64,000 bases of DNA from an uncultured Christensenella sp. (GCA_949292875.1 CASFBJ010000016.1:31-64030); one strand, 5' to 3'; numbered from the stretch's first letter, positions 21,691-31,832 are shown. Notes: generated from the sequence alone by a model not told the origin. Made by a program: numbers and translations.

Positions 21691-22764
21691 ATGAAAATAA
21701 TACACACTGCAGATTTACACATAGATAGCAAAATGGAAAGTAACTTAAGTGTAGAAAAAGCAAAAGAAAGAAGAAATGAGATAAAACAAACTTTTGTAAG
21801 GCTTATTGAATACGCTAAAAAACATGAAGTGAAAATTATAATTATAGCAGGCGACCTTTTTGATACTAACGAGATATCTAATAGAACAAAAAATCTCATT
21901 CTTGATTTAATAAGACAAAATACAGATATTTCTTTCCTATTTTTAAACGGAAACCATGATGAAAGTATATACAAAGAAGAAAATATCCCTGAAAACTTTT
22001 TACACTTTGAAAACAACTGGACTTACTTTAATTTTGATGATATAACAATAGCAGGTATAACGCTTGGAGAAAAATATAATGAAAATATTTTTGACAACTT
22101 ACACCTAAGCGAAAATAGAAAAAATATAGTTGTACTTCATGGTCAAATAACAAAAGGGAGCATAGAATATGTACCTTATGGCATCAATCTCAATTTATTA
22201 AAAAACAAAAACATAGACTATCTTGCATTAGGACACATTCACGAGTATAGTTTTGGTAAACTTGATGACAGAGGTTACTACGCTTATAGCGGAGCATTAG
22301 AAGGTAGAGGTTTTGACGAATGTGGTGAAAAAGGTTTTGTTTTTTTAGAGTTTGAACAAGATGGTTTAAAACATCTTTTTGTTCCTTTTGCTACACGAAA
22401 ATTTTATGAACTAGAAATAGATGTTTCTCACTGCTCAAATATGGTTGAAATGATGCAATTAATAAATGAAAATACAAAAGACATAGGAAAAGAAAATCTA
22501 ATTAAAATCATATTAAAAGGTGAACTAGAAAAAGATTTTGAAAAAGATATAGATTACTTACTCACCAACTTAAATGAAAAATATTATTTTGTAAAAATAG
22601 AAGATAAAACAAAAATAAAAATTGACTTACAGGCACTACAGGCAGACATATCTTTAAAAGGCGAATACATTAGGCAGGTACTAGGTAGCAATGAAATACC
22701 TGAAGAAGATAAAAATGACATAATCATGTATGGAATAAAAGCTTTAGAAGGAGAAGATTTTTAA
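21691..22764 (+). CDS. SbcD/Mre11-like metallophosphoesterase (YhaO family)
   Basis: HTADLH, AGDLFD, GNHD, LHG, ALGHIH, YSG.LEGRGFDE.GEKG. Confidence 0.9.
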   Translation: MKIIHTADLHIDSKMESNLSVEKAKERRNEIKQTFVRLIEYAKKHEVKIIIIAGDLFDTNEISNRTKNLILDLIRQNTDISFLFLNGNHDESIYKEENIPENFLHFENNWTYFNFDDITIAGITLGEKYNENIFDNLHLSENRKNIVVLHGQITKGSIEYVPYGINLNLLKNKNIDYLALGHIHEYSFGKLDDRGYYAYSGALEGRGFDECGEKGFVFLEFEQDGLKHLFVPFATRKFYELEIDVSHCSNMVEMMQLINENTKDIGKENLIKIILKGELEKDFEKDIDYLLTNLNEKYYFVKIEDKTKIKIDLQALQADISLKGEYIRQVLGSNEIPEEDKNDIIMYGIKALEGEDF

Positions 22765-22767
22765 TAA

Positions 22768-24927
22768 ATGAAAATTCATCAAATACATATAGAAAATTTT
22801 GGAAAACTACATGACTTTACACTAAATTTTGAAGATGGTATCAATGAAATAAATGAAAAAAATGGTTATGGTAAAACTACACTTATGGCATTTATAAAAT
22901 CTATGCTATATGGCTTCCCTTCTACTACTAGTAAAAACATTCAAAAAAATGAACGCCTACGCTATTTACCTTGGAACAAGCAAACTTATGGCGGATATAT
23001 GATTTGCGAGTTTGAAGATAAACAATATAGAATAGAAAGAACATTCTCTACAAAAAATAGTGACGATGAGTGCGGTATATACAACTTAAAAACTATGGAA
23101 AAACTAAATATTGAAGATATAGGTCTACATTTTTTAGGTTTAGATGCAAGCAGTTTTGAACGCAGTGTGTATATAGGCGGAAATATGCTTGAAACAAGTG
23201 CGAACTCAGTCTTAATAGGAAAATTAACAAAATTAAATGCAAGCAGTCAAGAAAGCATAAGTAATTATGAAAATGCACTAAAAATACTAGATACAAAAAG
23301 AGCATATTACTTAAAAACAGGCAATCGTGGAGCAATATATGACAAGAAAGAAAAAATAAGTACTCTTCAAAGAACTTTAAGCGAAATTAAACAATCTATA
23401 GAATTTAGCAAAAAATATGATGAAGAAATAAAAGATTTGCAAAAAGAAGAAAAAGGAATAATAGACAAAATCAAATTAATAGAAGAAAATATCACAATTG
23501 CATCAAAAGAAAATGAAAAACAAGCTACAAGAAAACATTTTAATTCGCTTGTAAGTAACAAAGAAAAAATAATGCAAGAAATAACAAAAATAGAAAATTG
23601 TTGTCCAAACGGCATACCAAGCGATGAAGCAATACAAATATGCACAGAAAAACTTGTTGAAAAAAATAAACAATTAGCATTACAAGAACAATCTTTTAGA
23701 AAAATGAAAGATTTAGAAGAAAATCAACCAATCTTAAAAGATTTTAAAGAACAAGAAAAAAAAGCACAAATGCTCATTCAAAACACATCGCAAGTAAACA
23801 AAAACAATAAACCAATATTATTTGCAATAATAGGATTAGGAGTATTGTTTGTGTTAGCAGGATTAATATTTGCACCATTAATAAATGTAATCTTAGGCAT
23901 AGGTTTTTGCATTATAGGAATATTTACTATATGTTTTAGTTTGTGGAAGTTGTCAAAAATTAAAAAACAATGTTCAAACATTACAAATAATAGAAAAGAG
24001 TTGCAAATATTACTTAATCTAGATAAAAACTACTCTACTCAAGATGCTCAAAAGGCACTGATTAAACTTGAAAGCATATACGAAATATATAACGAAGAAA
24101 AAGAAAATAACATAGAATTTGAAAAGAATATAAATAAATTAGAACAAGAAATTAATCTATTCTTTTCAAGTTTTAAAAATATTCCAACAGATAAAAATAC
24201 CGCTTTAGAAGTGATTAAAAAATATAAAATACGATATGATGATTTAAACAATGAATTACAATCTTTTATTAAACAAATAGAAGATTTTGACACAGAAAAA
24301 TTAGACACACCTGACATAAAGTTTGACTTATACACACTTAATAAGCAAAAGACAGAATGTAATAATGAATTAAATGAAATAAGAAAATTAATCATAGATA
24401 AAAGCAACAAAAAAGCAAATGAAGATATAAAGGCAGATAGTTTATTTGAAGTAAATGCAGAATTAAACAAAACATACGAAGAATTAAAACTTTATGAAAA
24501 AACTTATTCAAATATCATGTTTGCTTATAACTACTTGAAAAAAGCAAAATTAGAATTAGGAAATAGATACATCACTCCTACACAAAACAAACTTAATGAA
24601 CTTGTAGAACTTTGTCCATACCTAAAGCCATACTCTCCTATTACTTTAAAAGAAGATTTGACACTAATGTATGAAGAACAAGGCAAACTTAGAGATGAAC
24701 AAACATTTAGTAGTGGACTTTTAGTTTCATCTTCAATTCTTGTTAGATTTGCACTTGCAAGCATAATTTTTGATAAAGAACCTTGTACTATATTTCTTGA
24801 TGACCCTTTTACAAGCCTAGATAAAGAAAACTTTAACTACATAAAACAAACTATTTCTACTCTTTCAAAACAATATCAAATTATTTACTTTACATGTGCT
24901 CAATCTCGTTCACTAATAACAAACTAA
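22768..24927 (+). CDS. SMC-like AAA ATPase (YhaN family) with central TM hairpin
   Basis: NFGK, NGYGKTT Walker A, long coiled coil, two TM segments, FSSG signature, LDDPF, YFTC. Confidence 0.85.
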   Translation: MKIHQIHIENFGKLHDFTLNFEDGINEINEKNGYGKTTLMAFIKSMLYGFPSTTSKNIQKNERLRYLPWNKQTYGGYMICEFEDKQYRIERTFSTKNSDDECGIYNLKTMEKLNIEDIGLHFLGLDASSFERSVYIGGNMLETSANSVLIGKLTKLNASSQESISNYENALKILDTKRAYYLKTGNRGAIYDKKEKISTLQRTLSEIKQSIEFSKKYDEEIKDLQKEEKGIIDKIKLIEENITIASKENEKQATRKHFNSLVSNKEKIMQEITKIENCCPNGIPSDEAIQICTEKLVEKNKQLALQEQSFRKMKDLEENQPILKDFKEQEKKAQMLIQNTSQVNKNNKPILFAIIGLGVLFVLAGLIFAPLINVILGIGFCIIGIFTICFSLWKLSKIKKQCSNITNNRKELQILLNLDKNYSTQDAQKALIKLESIYEIYNEEKENNIEFEKNINKLEQEINLFFSSFKNIPTDKNTALEVIKKYKIRYDDLNNELQSFIKQIEDFDTEKLDTPDIKFDLYTLNKQKTECNNELNEIRKLIIDKSNKKANEDIKADSLFEVNAELNKTYEELKLYEKTYSNIMFAYNYLKKAKLELGNRYITPTQNKLNELVELCPYLKPYSPITLKEDLTLMYEEQGKLRDEQTFSSGLLVSSSILVRFALASIIFDKEPCTIFLDDPFTSLDKENFNYIKQTISTLSKQYQIIYFTCAQSRSLITN

Positions 24928-24976
24928 AAAATGTAAAATAAAATATGATAACTATATTTAAAATTTAGGAGAACAA

Positions 24977-26299
24977 ATGACAAATTTTTACTTAGCACAA
25001 ATAGTAAGTATTGTAACTATATTATCAACTGTATTAGGACTATTTCAAAAAGAAAAGTTTAAAACTATGCTACATTTTACTATTTCAAACATTTCTATGA
25101 TTGTAACATACGCTTTACTTGAAAGGTATCTATCAATAATTTTAGTTGCTATTGCAACTATAAGAACTATTGTGTACTATATATACGCATACAAAAATCT
25201 TAAACCAAATACCTTAGTTGTAGTTAGTTTTGAAATCGTATTTGTACTAGTATGTATGTTTTTATGGACAGATTATGTAGACTTACTTATGCTTATCAAT
25301 CTATGTATGCTTGCATATACGACATGGCAAGACAATATGAAGATTTTAAGGATAGGATATCTTATCTCTGCTATACTACTTATAGCATACAATCTTTTAG
25401 TCGGTGCATATGTTAGTTCAATAAGTGAAATTATTTTATTAGTTTTCTCAATATTAGCAATTATAAAATATGACATAAAAAACAAGATAGACAATGTAGT
25501 TTTAGACTTTTACACAACTATATCAAAAACATATGAAATTGATATAAAAGACAATGAAAATTATATTAGTGTGTTTTCCAATAAAATTAAAGATGTTTTT
25601 AATAATTTTATTTATGTAAAAAAACCTTTAGAATACAAAAAAGATATAGAAATATATGAAAACTATTTGATAGAACTCAACAGGAAACCCGCTATTTATT
25701 TTGAATCAGTAGATAATGAAAACATACAAACTATAATGGAAATAGCAAATAAAAATGTAATGCTTTATCATGATGTCTGGATGAAACTTAGAACAGGATA
25801 CAACACAAGACATAAAAAATGCTTATTAGAAAATCTAGAATTTAAAGAATGTGATGCAACTTATAAAAAAGATATATTGCATTTATTTGATAAAGGTTTT
25901 ATTCATTTTAATAGCAAAAATATATATAAATATGAAGAAGAATATCTTCAAAACTATGAAGAAAAACTAGATAATGAATACTTAATAGAAAATCATATGG
26001 TACCTTATATGGCATTTTATAATAATGTACCTATTTGTCTACTTTTTATATATAGACATGGTACTAATGCATACATATGCCAAATAACAACACTCGAGCA
26101 GTACAGAAGAAAAGGTGTTGCATCTGCGCTTATTAGATACGCTATACAATGCGAAAGAAAAAATAATATAGAAGACTTTTATCTAGTTACAGAAAAATAT
26201 ACATTCTTAGAAACTTTTTACTTAAAAAATAACTTTGTTGAAATTTCTCAAGGAATATGTATAGAACCAAAGAAAAAACCAAAAAATATAAACGAATAA
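24977..26299 (+). CDS. YgjV-like membrane domain fused to a C-terminal GNAT acetyltransferase
   Basis: N-terminal ~165 aa multi-TM (LAQIV...FQKEK...R...WQDNMKILR...YNLLVGAY...E); C-terminal ITTLEQYRRKGVASALI acetyl-CoA motif and FYLKNNF. Confidence 0.75.
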   Translation: MTNFYLAQIVSIVTILSTVLGLFQKEKFKTMLHFTISNISMIVTYALLERYLSIILVAIATIRTIVYYIYAYKNLKPNTLVVVSFEIVFVLVCMFLWTDYVDLLMLINLCMLAYTTWQDNMKILRIGYLISAILLIAYNLLVGAYVSSISEIILLVFSILAIIKYDIKNKIDNVVLDFYTTISKTYEIDIKDNENYISVFSNKIKDVFNNFIYVKKPLEYKKDIEIYENYLIELNRKPAIYFESVDNENIQTIMEIANKNVMLYHDVWMKLRTGYNTRHKKCLLENLEFKECDATYKKDILHLFDKGFIHFNSKNIYKYEEEYLQNYEEKLDNEYLIENHMVPYMAFYNNVPICLLFIYRHGTNAYICQITTLEQYRRKGVASALIRYAIQCERKNNIEDFYLVTEKYTFLETFYLKNNFVEISQGICIEPKKKPKNINE

Positions 26300-26314
26300 A
26301 AAGGAACTCAAAAT

Positions 26315-26776
26315 ATGAATAAATACATGAAAATAGCAATAGATGAAGCAAGAAAAGGCATACAAAACGCACATGGTGGCCCTTTTGGAAGTTGCATAGT
26401 AAAAGACGGAAAAGTTATAGCAAGAGCACATAATAAAGTACTTCTAAAAGGCGACGCTACTTGCCATGGAGAAATGGAAGCAATACGACAAGCAAGCAAA
26501 AAACTTGGCACTTACGACCTTACAGGTTGCGAAATATACACAACAGGCGCCCCTTGTCCTATGTGTGCTTGCGCATGTCAATGGGCAAATATAAGCAAGA
26601 TTTATTATGGTTGTACCATTACAGACAATGCAAATATAGGATTTAGAGATGAAAGATTTGAAAAAATATTTCATGAAATATATAAGAAAAACAGTTATTT
26701 TTTAGAAGTAGATAGAGATGCATGTTTAAAATTATATGAAGAATATATGAATATGGAAAATAAGATAAACTATTAA
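26315..26776 (+). CDS. Nucleoside/guanine deaminase (cytidine-deaminase fold)
   Basis: GGPFG, HGE, PCPMC motifs as in B. subtilis GuaD-type enzymes. Confidence 0.88.
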   Translation: MNKYMKIAIDEARKGIQNAHGGPFGSCIVKDGKVIARAHNKVLLKGDATCHGEMEAIRQASKKLGTYDLTGCEIYTTGAPCPMCACACQWANISKIYYGCTITDNANIGFRDERFEKIFHEIYKKNSYFLEVDRDACLKLYEEYMNMENKINY

Positions 26777-26883
26777 TGTAATTCTATTAAATATGAGTAT
26801 ATAAAATATGCTAAAATTTTTTATATAAATAATTACTTTAATGATATTATATACATACATTTATAATAAATTTGCTTGTAACA

Positions 26884-26922
26884 AAAAAAGAACTTTATCG
26901 CAAAATTTGATAAAGTTCTTTT
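26884..26922. terminator. Bidirectional terminator
   Basis: AAAAGAACTTTATC...GATAAAGTTCTTTT between convergent genes. Confidence 0.7.
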
Positions 26923-26966
26923 TACATTATATCTAGTTTTATTATAACATTAAAAACAAGAAATAT

Positions 26967-27563
26967 TTATTTTTGTCTTTCATCAGTTGCTATTTTTGCT
27001 TTTTTACCTCTATAAAATAGTTCACCATCTCTTATTTCAAAATTTGTAACAACTTTTTCAGGTTTGTCGTCTTCTTTTTTACTCTTTGTATCACTATTTG
27101 TTCCAACATATGCAGGGCTATCTTCAGTACTTGAATATTTATTACTTTCTTCTTTTTTTACACCAAATCCATCAAAATCTTTTTTTTCATTTTCTTTGTT
27201 AAATTCTACTTTATTTGGATTTTCTCGCTCTACTCGTTTTTCTTGTACTATTTCTGGCTCTACACCCTTACTCAAATCACTGTCTTGCTTTTTGCTTCTA
27301 CCTTTAAAAAGTATTTTAGACTTTTTTTTGCCTGCTAATCTTGCTATCTCTACAGCACCTATAGCAACTCCACTACAAACAAGTGCAGATATACCAAAGG
27401 TAGCAGTATAAGCAAGCGCAGTAGCACCACCAAGATAACTATTTGCTAAAACTAATACTAGTGGACTTGCAACGCCTGTAAGCACTGCAGCAAAAGCAAC
27501 TGCTGAAACAACAGCAATAGTCAAAGCTTTCCAATGTCTTTTTGCAGATTTTTTAACACTCAT
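26967..27563 (-). CDS. Hypothetical membrane protein with two N-terminal TM helices and a charged tail
   Basis: GGAGG RBS before ATG 27563; TTGACA-17-TATAAT promoter. Confidence 0.7.
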   Translation of the reverse strand: MSVKKSAKRHWKALTIAVVSAVAFAAVLTGVASPLVLVLANSYLGGATALAYTATFGISALVCSGVAIGAVEIARLAGKKKSKILFKGRSKKQDSDLSKGVEPEIVQEKRVERENPNKVEFNKENEKKDFDGFGVKKEESNKYSSTEDSPAYVGTNSDTKSKKEDDKPEKVVTNFEIRDGELFYRGKKAKIATDERQK

Positions 27564-27741
27564 AAGTATACCTCCTTGTATACATTTATCATTGTTACAC
27601 ATATTATAGCATTAAAACATATATATGTCAATACCATTGATTTAAAAATGATTTTATTCTCTCTATCATGCAATCAAACTAGATTTGATATACACTTATT
27701 AATTGAATTACAAGTATAGATACAAATCTATTATATGGAAT

Positions 27742-29727
27742 TTAACAAACAATAATTACTGGTTTTCTATTTACTTTCTTTACAAAATAATTAGTTAAGT
27801 TTTTTCTAACAAAAGCTCTTATCTCGTTTCTATCCATACTCTTTATGCTACTATTTTGCAATGACTCAAAAACGAACTTTCTCGCTTCACCTATTACTTC
27901 ACTTTGTTCATCATTGTATATGAAACCCCTTGTTAGCAAATCTGGCATTCTGTATTGTTTCTTGCTATTATCGTCTATATGCAAAACTGCAACACATACT
28001 CCGTCTACTTCAAGTTGCTTTCTGTCTCTTATAACTGCACTTTCTTTATCTCCTACTCCGTACCCGTCTATAAGTCTACTGCCACTAGTTATATCTTTTG
28101 CTTGAGTCATAGCATTGTGCGAAAACTCTACTACATTTCCTAAATCGGCAATAAAGACATTTCTTTCTTCCATACCCATACTAACTGCCAAATCTTTATG
28201 CAATTTTAAGTGCCTATATTCACCATGAATAGGTATGAAAAACTTAGGTTTTACTAGATTGTGCATTATGCGAAGTTCATCTTGACAAGCATGCCCAGAA
28301 ACATGAACATCTGCAAGTTCATGATATATGACTACACAACCTTTTTTGTATAGATTATTTATAACATTATATACACTCTTTTCATTTCCAGGTATAGGGC
28401 TTGCAGATATTATTACACAATCTTCACTTGTTAGTTTTACCTTAGAAAAATCGTCATTTGCCATTCTAGAAAGCGCACTCATAGGCTCTCCCTGACTACC
28501 TGTACTAACTATAAGTAGTTCACTATTTTTGTACTTGCTAATGCTATCTACATCTATAATAATGTTCTTATTAAATGTCATTTCCCCTATTTTTAGCGCA
28601 GTTTCTGCTACATTTATCATACTTCTTCCGCTAAAAACTATTTTTCTTCCATATTTTTCCGCAAGGTCCATTATTTGTTGTAGTCTATGCACATTTGATG
28701 CAAAAGTTGCAACTATTAATCTCTTTTCTTTATACGCTTCAAAAAGTTTGTCTAGCGTTTCGCCTACGCTTCTTTCACTCATACTATATCCTTTACGCTC
28801 TACATTTGTAGATTCACAAAGCATTAGTTGTACACCTTTCTTACCTATCTCTGCAAGTCTTGTAAGGTCTGTAGTTTCGCCCTTTATAGGACTAAAATCT
28901 ATTTTAAAATCGCCAGTGTGTACAACCATTCCTACAGGTGTAGACACAGCAACCGCAAAAGCACCAGATATACTATGATTTACATTTATAAACTCTATTT
29001 CAAAACAACCTAACTTTATCTTTTGCCCAGCCTTAACAATCTTTGAGCCATACTTAACTTTCTTATGCTCTTTCATTTTGTTTTCAACTAGTGCTATAGT
29101 AAGTTTGCTACCATATATGCTAGTCGGTATCTCATTAAGGACATATGGCAAACCGCCTATATGGTCTTCATGCCCGTGTGTAAGTACTATTCCCCTTACC
29201 TTTTCTCTATTCGCTACAAGATATGTTATGTCTGGTACTACTATGTCTATACCTGGCATTTCATCATCTGGAAATGTAAGTCCACTATCTATAACTATAA
29301 TATCATCTTCATACTCTAAAGCATACATATTTTTTCCAATCTCACCTACTCCGCCTAAAAACACTACCTTTAATTTTTTGTTTTTATTTGTTGTATTTTT
29401 TAACTTAGTAAGTTTGTCCATGTGTGTAGTAAGCGTGTACTCTACTACTGCCTTCTTATGCTCATTATTTGCATTTGTATTTGTATTTGTTTGCTCGTTT
29501 TGCTTCTCCTGCACATTTTCTTTTAAAACCTTATTTTGCTTTGCTTGTTTATTAAAAAATCTTTTTCCTTTATTATTTTCTCCATTTTTGTTATTTGAAA
29601 AAGATTTTGATTTTGCATCAATGCCTACTTTATTATCAATGCTTCCATTTTCATTGTTTTTTGCTTTATTACTAGTTTCTAAACTAGAAACTTGTTCATT
29701 ATTTAAAATATTTCTATTGTCTTCCAT
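27742..29727 (-). CDS. rnj: Ribonuclease J with a low-complexity N-terminal extension
   Basis: LGGVGEIGKN, THGHEDHIG, HTGDFK, TFASN, GSQGEP, HVSGH, PIHGEYRH. Confidence 0.95.
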   Translation of the reverse strand: MEDNRNILNNEQVSSLETSNKAKNNENGSIDNKVGIDAKSKSFSNNKNGENNKGKRFFNKQAKQNKVLKENVQEKQNEQTNTNTNANNEHKKAVVEYTLTTHMDKLTKLKNTTNKNKKLKVVFLGGVGEIGKNMYALEYEDDIIVIDSGLTFPDDEMPGIDIVVPDITYLVANREKVRGIVLTHGHEDHIGGLPYVLNEIPTSIYGSKLTIALVENKMKEHKKVKYGSKIVKAGQKIKLGCFEIEFINVNHSISGAFAVAVSTPVGMVVHTGDFKIDFSPIKGETTDLTRLAEIGKKGVQLMLCESTNVERKGYSMSERSVGETLDKLFEAYKEKRLIVATFASNVHRLQQIMDLAEKYGRKIVFSGRSMINVAETALKIGEMTFNKNIIIDVDSISKYKNSELLIVSTGSQGEPMSALSRMANDDFSKVKLTSEDCVIISASPIPGNEKSVYNVINNLYKKGCVVIYHELADVHVSGHACQDELRIMHNLVKPKFFIPIHGEYRHLKLHKDLAVSMGMEERNVFIADLGNVVEFSHNAMTQAKDITSGSRLIDGYGVGDKESAVIRDRKQLEVDGVCVAVLHIDDNSKKQYRMPDLLTRGFIYNDEQSEVIGEARKFVFESLQNSSIKSMDRNEIRAFVRKNLTNYFVKKVNRKPVIIVC

Positions 29728-29761
29728 TATTTTCTCCTTTTATTATTTATTTTTGTTTCAT

Positions 29762-29938
29762 ATTTCAAAAAGCACTATACCTACAAACTAAACTATACTA
29801 AAAAATAGAATAACAAAAATTATACGCTTTAGCGTAGTTGTCTTTACAACTTGTAATAATATAATTATTGCTTAAATATTTAAGAAAGAAATTTTGTATA
29901 TTTTTTATAATTAAAAAAAGTAATAGCACTTTTAAAAT
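29762..29938 (-). ncRNA. Putative structured 5' leader of rnj
   Basis: Long closing helix plus four inner hairpins read by eye; TTGATT-17-CATAAT promoter at 29981-29953. Confidence 0.4.
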
Positions 29939-30298
29939 TTTTCGTTAATATGATTATGCACTATCACTAAAAAAAAATCAAGTCTTTTTATTTTATTTGT
30001 TTCATTTATTTTTTTATTTTATATTTCGCTTTTTTACTACAGAATAAAATAGTAGAGAAAATTTTTGAAAAAATATTTTGATATCTATAGATAATAAATA
30101 GATATATATTAAATTTATCTTATATTTTAGATTACCTTATACATGCACTTTTATCTTATATCTATTAATAAATAGAAATACGATTTAGACATTGAATATT
30201 AGAATATTAAATTTAAAACATATTTATTAAACACATATTACTGATTTTAATATATTCTCTAAAATAATGAAAAAATTTTTATTTTATAAATATACATT

Positions 30299-30355
30299 AA
30301 AAAAACACTCAAACGCAGGAGTTTAGTTCTCTAAATGACTGCCTTTGAGCATTTT
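30299..30355 (-). terminator. Long hairpin/terminator downstream of the Cys-rich gene
   Basis: AAAUGCUCAAA/UUUGAGUGUUU, GCAG/CUGC and UUUAG/CUAAA stems followed by a U-run. Confidence 0.55.
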
Positions 30356-30418
30356 CAGTAAACGCAGTAAGAAAATATTTTTACATATTTTCGTTCGCGC
30401 CGCTTTTTAAAGCCGATT

Positions 30419-30667
30419 TTACATACAGCATGATAATAATAAGTATAACACTATTATATTGCACCAATCTATATCACAACCACAGCAACAAGTAAGTAAT
30501 AATAAGATTAGTATTATAGAACAGCAATCAAATCCACAGCCTTTATCACAACAATCGTTACAATCATTGCAATCACAGCCACATTGCTTTCTGTTTCCAA
30601 AAAGTTTTCCACCAAAGCCACGGTTACAGCCACAGCCACAGTTTCCAAATAATCCGTTCATTTGCAT
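30419..30667 (-). CDS. Small Cys/Gly-rich protein, probably spore coat/crust
   Basis: GGAGG RBS; CGCGC, CDCNDCNDCC, and two short hydrophobic stretches ending in CC. Confidence 0.7.
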   Translation of the reverse strand: MQMNGLFGNCGCGCNRGFGGKLFGNRKQCGCDCNDCNDCCDKGCGFDCCSIILILLLLTCCCGCDIDWCNIIVLYLLLSCCM

Positions 30668-30979
30668 TCCTCCTGTATTTTTCCTGCGTATGCGCTTATT
30701 TTGTTTTTATGTATATCTAGCGCTTTCATCTTTTGTACGACTTCTTCCTTTTGTACTTTTCATTCTTTTGCGTCTTAAAATCTTATGTATTTTACAAATA
30801 TTTTTTTCTTTCGTATATTTCATTATATATTGCTCATACTACAAATGTGCATATTAAAATATATATTTCTTATTTTAATATCTCATCAACCTTTTTTCAT
30901 AATCATATATGCTTAATATTTATAGAATGCAATACAAAAAATGCAAAATATTTCTTTTTTAAAAAACTTGCATTTTTAT

Positions 30980-31008
30980 TTGACATATATCTGCTTTTTT
31001 CGTAGAAT
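30980..31008 (+). promoter_or_regulatory. sigmaA promoter
   Basis: TTGACA-17-TAGAAT. Confidence 0.65.
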
Positions 31009-31070
31009 ACAAGCGTAGATGATTATTAATCTATACTTTTTGTTTCTAAAAAAAATATAAGGAGAAAAAA

Positions 31071-31796
31071 ATGTTAAAGAAAACAAAAACAAACAAGAAA
31101 ACGATTGCTATTGTTGTGCTTGCTGTCCTACTAGTAGCATTACTAGCATTCAATGTAACTTATGCATACTTTACTGATAAAGATAGTGGCTCAGGTACAC
31201 TTAACTTCGGTATAGTAGACTTCACATTAGAAGATTTTGGTACTACAATTGCTCACACTTCTAATGGTACACATTTGACAACTTATGTTATGCCTGGAGA
31301 TAAAGTAACACTAGCTGGAACTATAACAGTTTCATCTGCTGAAAACGCAGATGATATTTGGTTTAAAGTAGATGTTCCTGCAGACCAAATCAAAATACAA
31401 TATGATGGTACTGATTTAGTATTTGATGGTACAGTAACTAATGCTACTACTGGACACCAATATCAAACAGGTGATGAAGCAACTATGAAAAATGCAGTTA
31501 CTACTGCTGTACAAACTGCCATAATCAATGCTTTCAAAGGCTTATCTGAAGCAAATGCTGTTTGGAAACTTGCTGATAATGGTATATCTGCAAATAAAGT
31601 TCCTAAAAGTTCATCATTAAACTTAAATACTATTAGTTTCACTTTAGATGCTACTCAGTTTGGAAACTTATTCCAAGATACAACAATACTATTTGGTATA
31701 GAATTCCAAGCAATTCAAGCAACTAATGTTGCTGATAACGCTGCTGCTGAAACTTTGTGGCCAACAATAAACTTTGATACAGGTTTAACTGCTTAA
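31071..31796 (+). CDS. TasA/CalY-like protein with SipW-type signal peptide
   Basis: Basic N-region, hydrophobic core, TYA-YFTD cleavage motif, MPGD, C-terminal FQAIQATN. Confidence 0.8.
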   Translation: MLKKTKTNKKTIAIVVLAVLLVALLAFNVTYAYFTDKDSGSGTLNFGIVDFTLEDFGTTIAHTSNGTHLTTYVMPGDKVTLAGTITVSSAENADDIWFKVDVPADQIKIQYDGTDLVFDGTVTNATTGHQYQTGDEATMKNAVTTAVQTAIINAFKGLSEANAVWKLADNGISANKVPKSSSLNLNTISFTLDATQFGNLFQDTTILFGIEFQAIQATNVADNAAAETLWPTINFDTGLTA

Positions 31797-31832
31797 TCAA
31801 AAACATATACATATAGTAGGAAATGTATATAG

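Noticed and set aside
21691-24927. Nuclease plus SMC-like ATPase as a new anti-phage system
   Set aside because: It matches the widespread YhaO/YhaN pair in a housekeeping context, with no effector or defence-island neighbours.
29762-29938. 6S RNA call for the rnj upstream structure
   Set aside because: The length fits, but there is no large central bubble and no terminator before rnj; left as an unassigned leader pending cmscan.
30419-30667. RiPP (ranthipeptide/lanthipeptide) precursor
   Set aside because: No radical SAM, Lan or transporter genes nearby, and no leader/core organisation.
30712-30823. Short basic ORF (MKYTKEKNICK...) upstream of the Cys-rich gene
   Set aside because: No RBS and an A-rich sequence; more likely 5' UTR.
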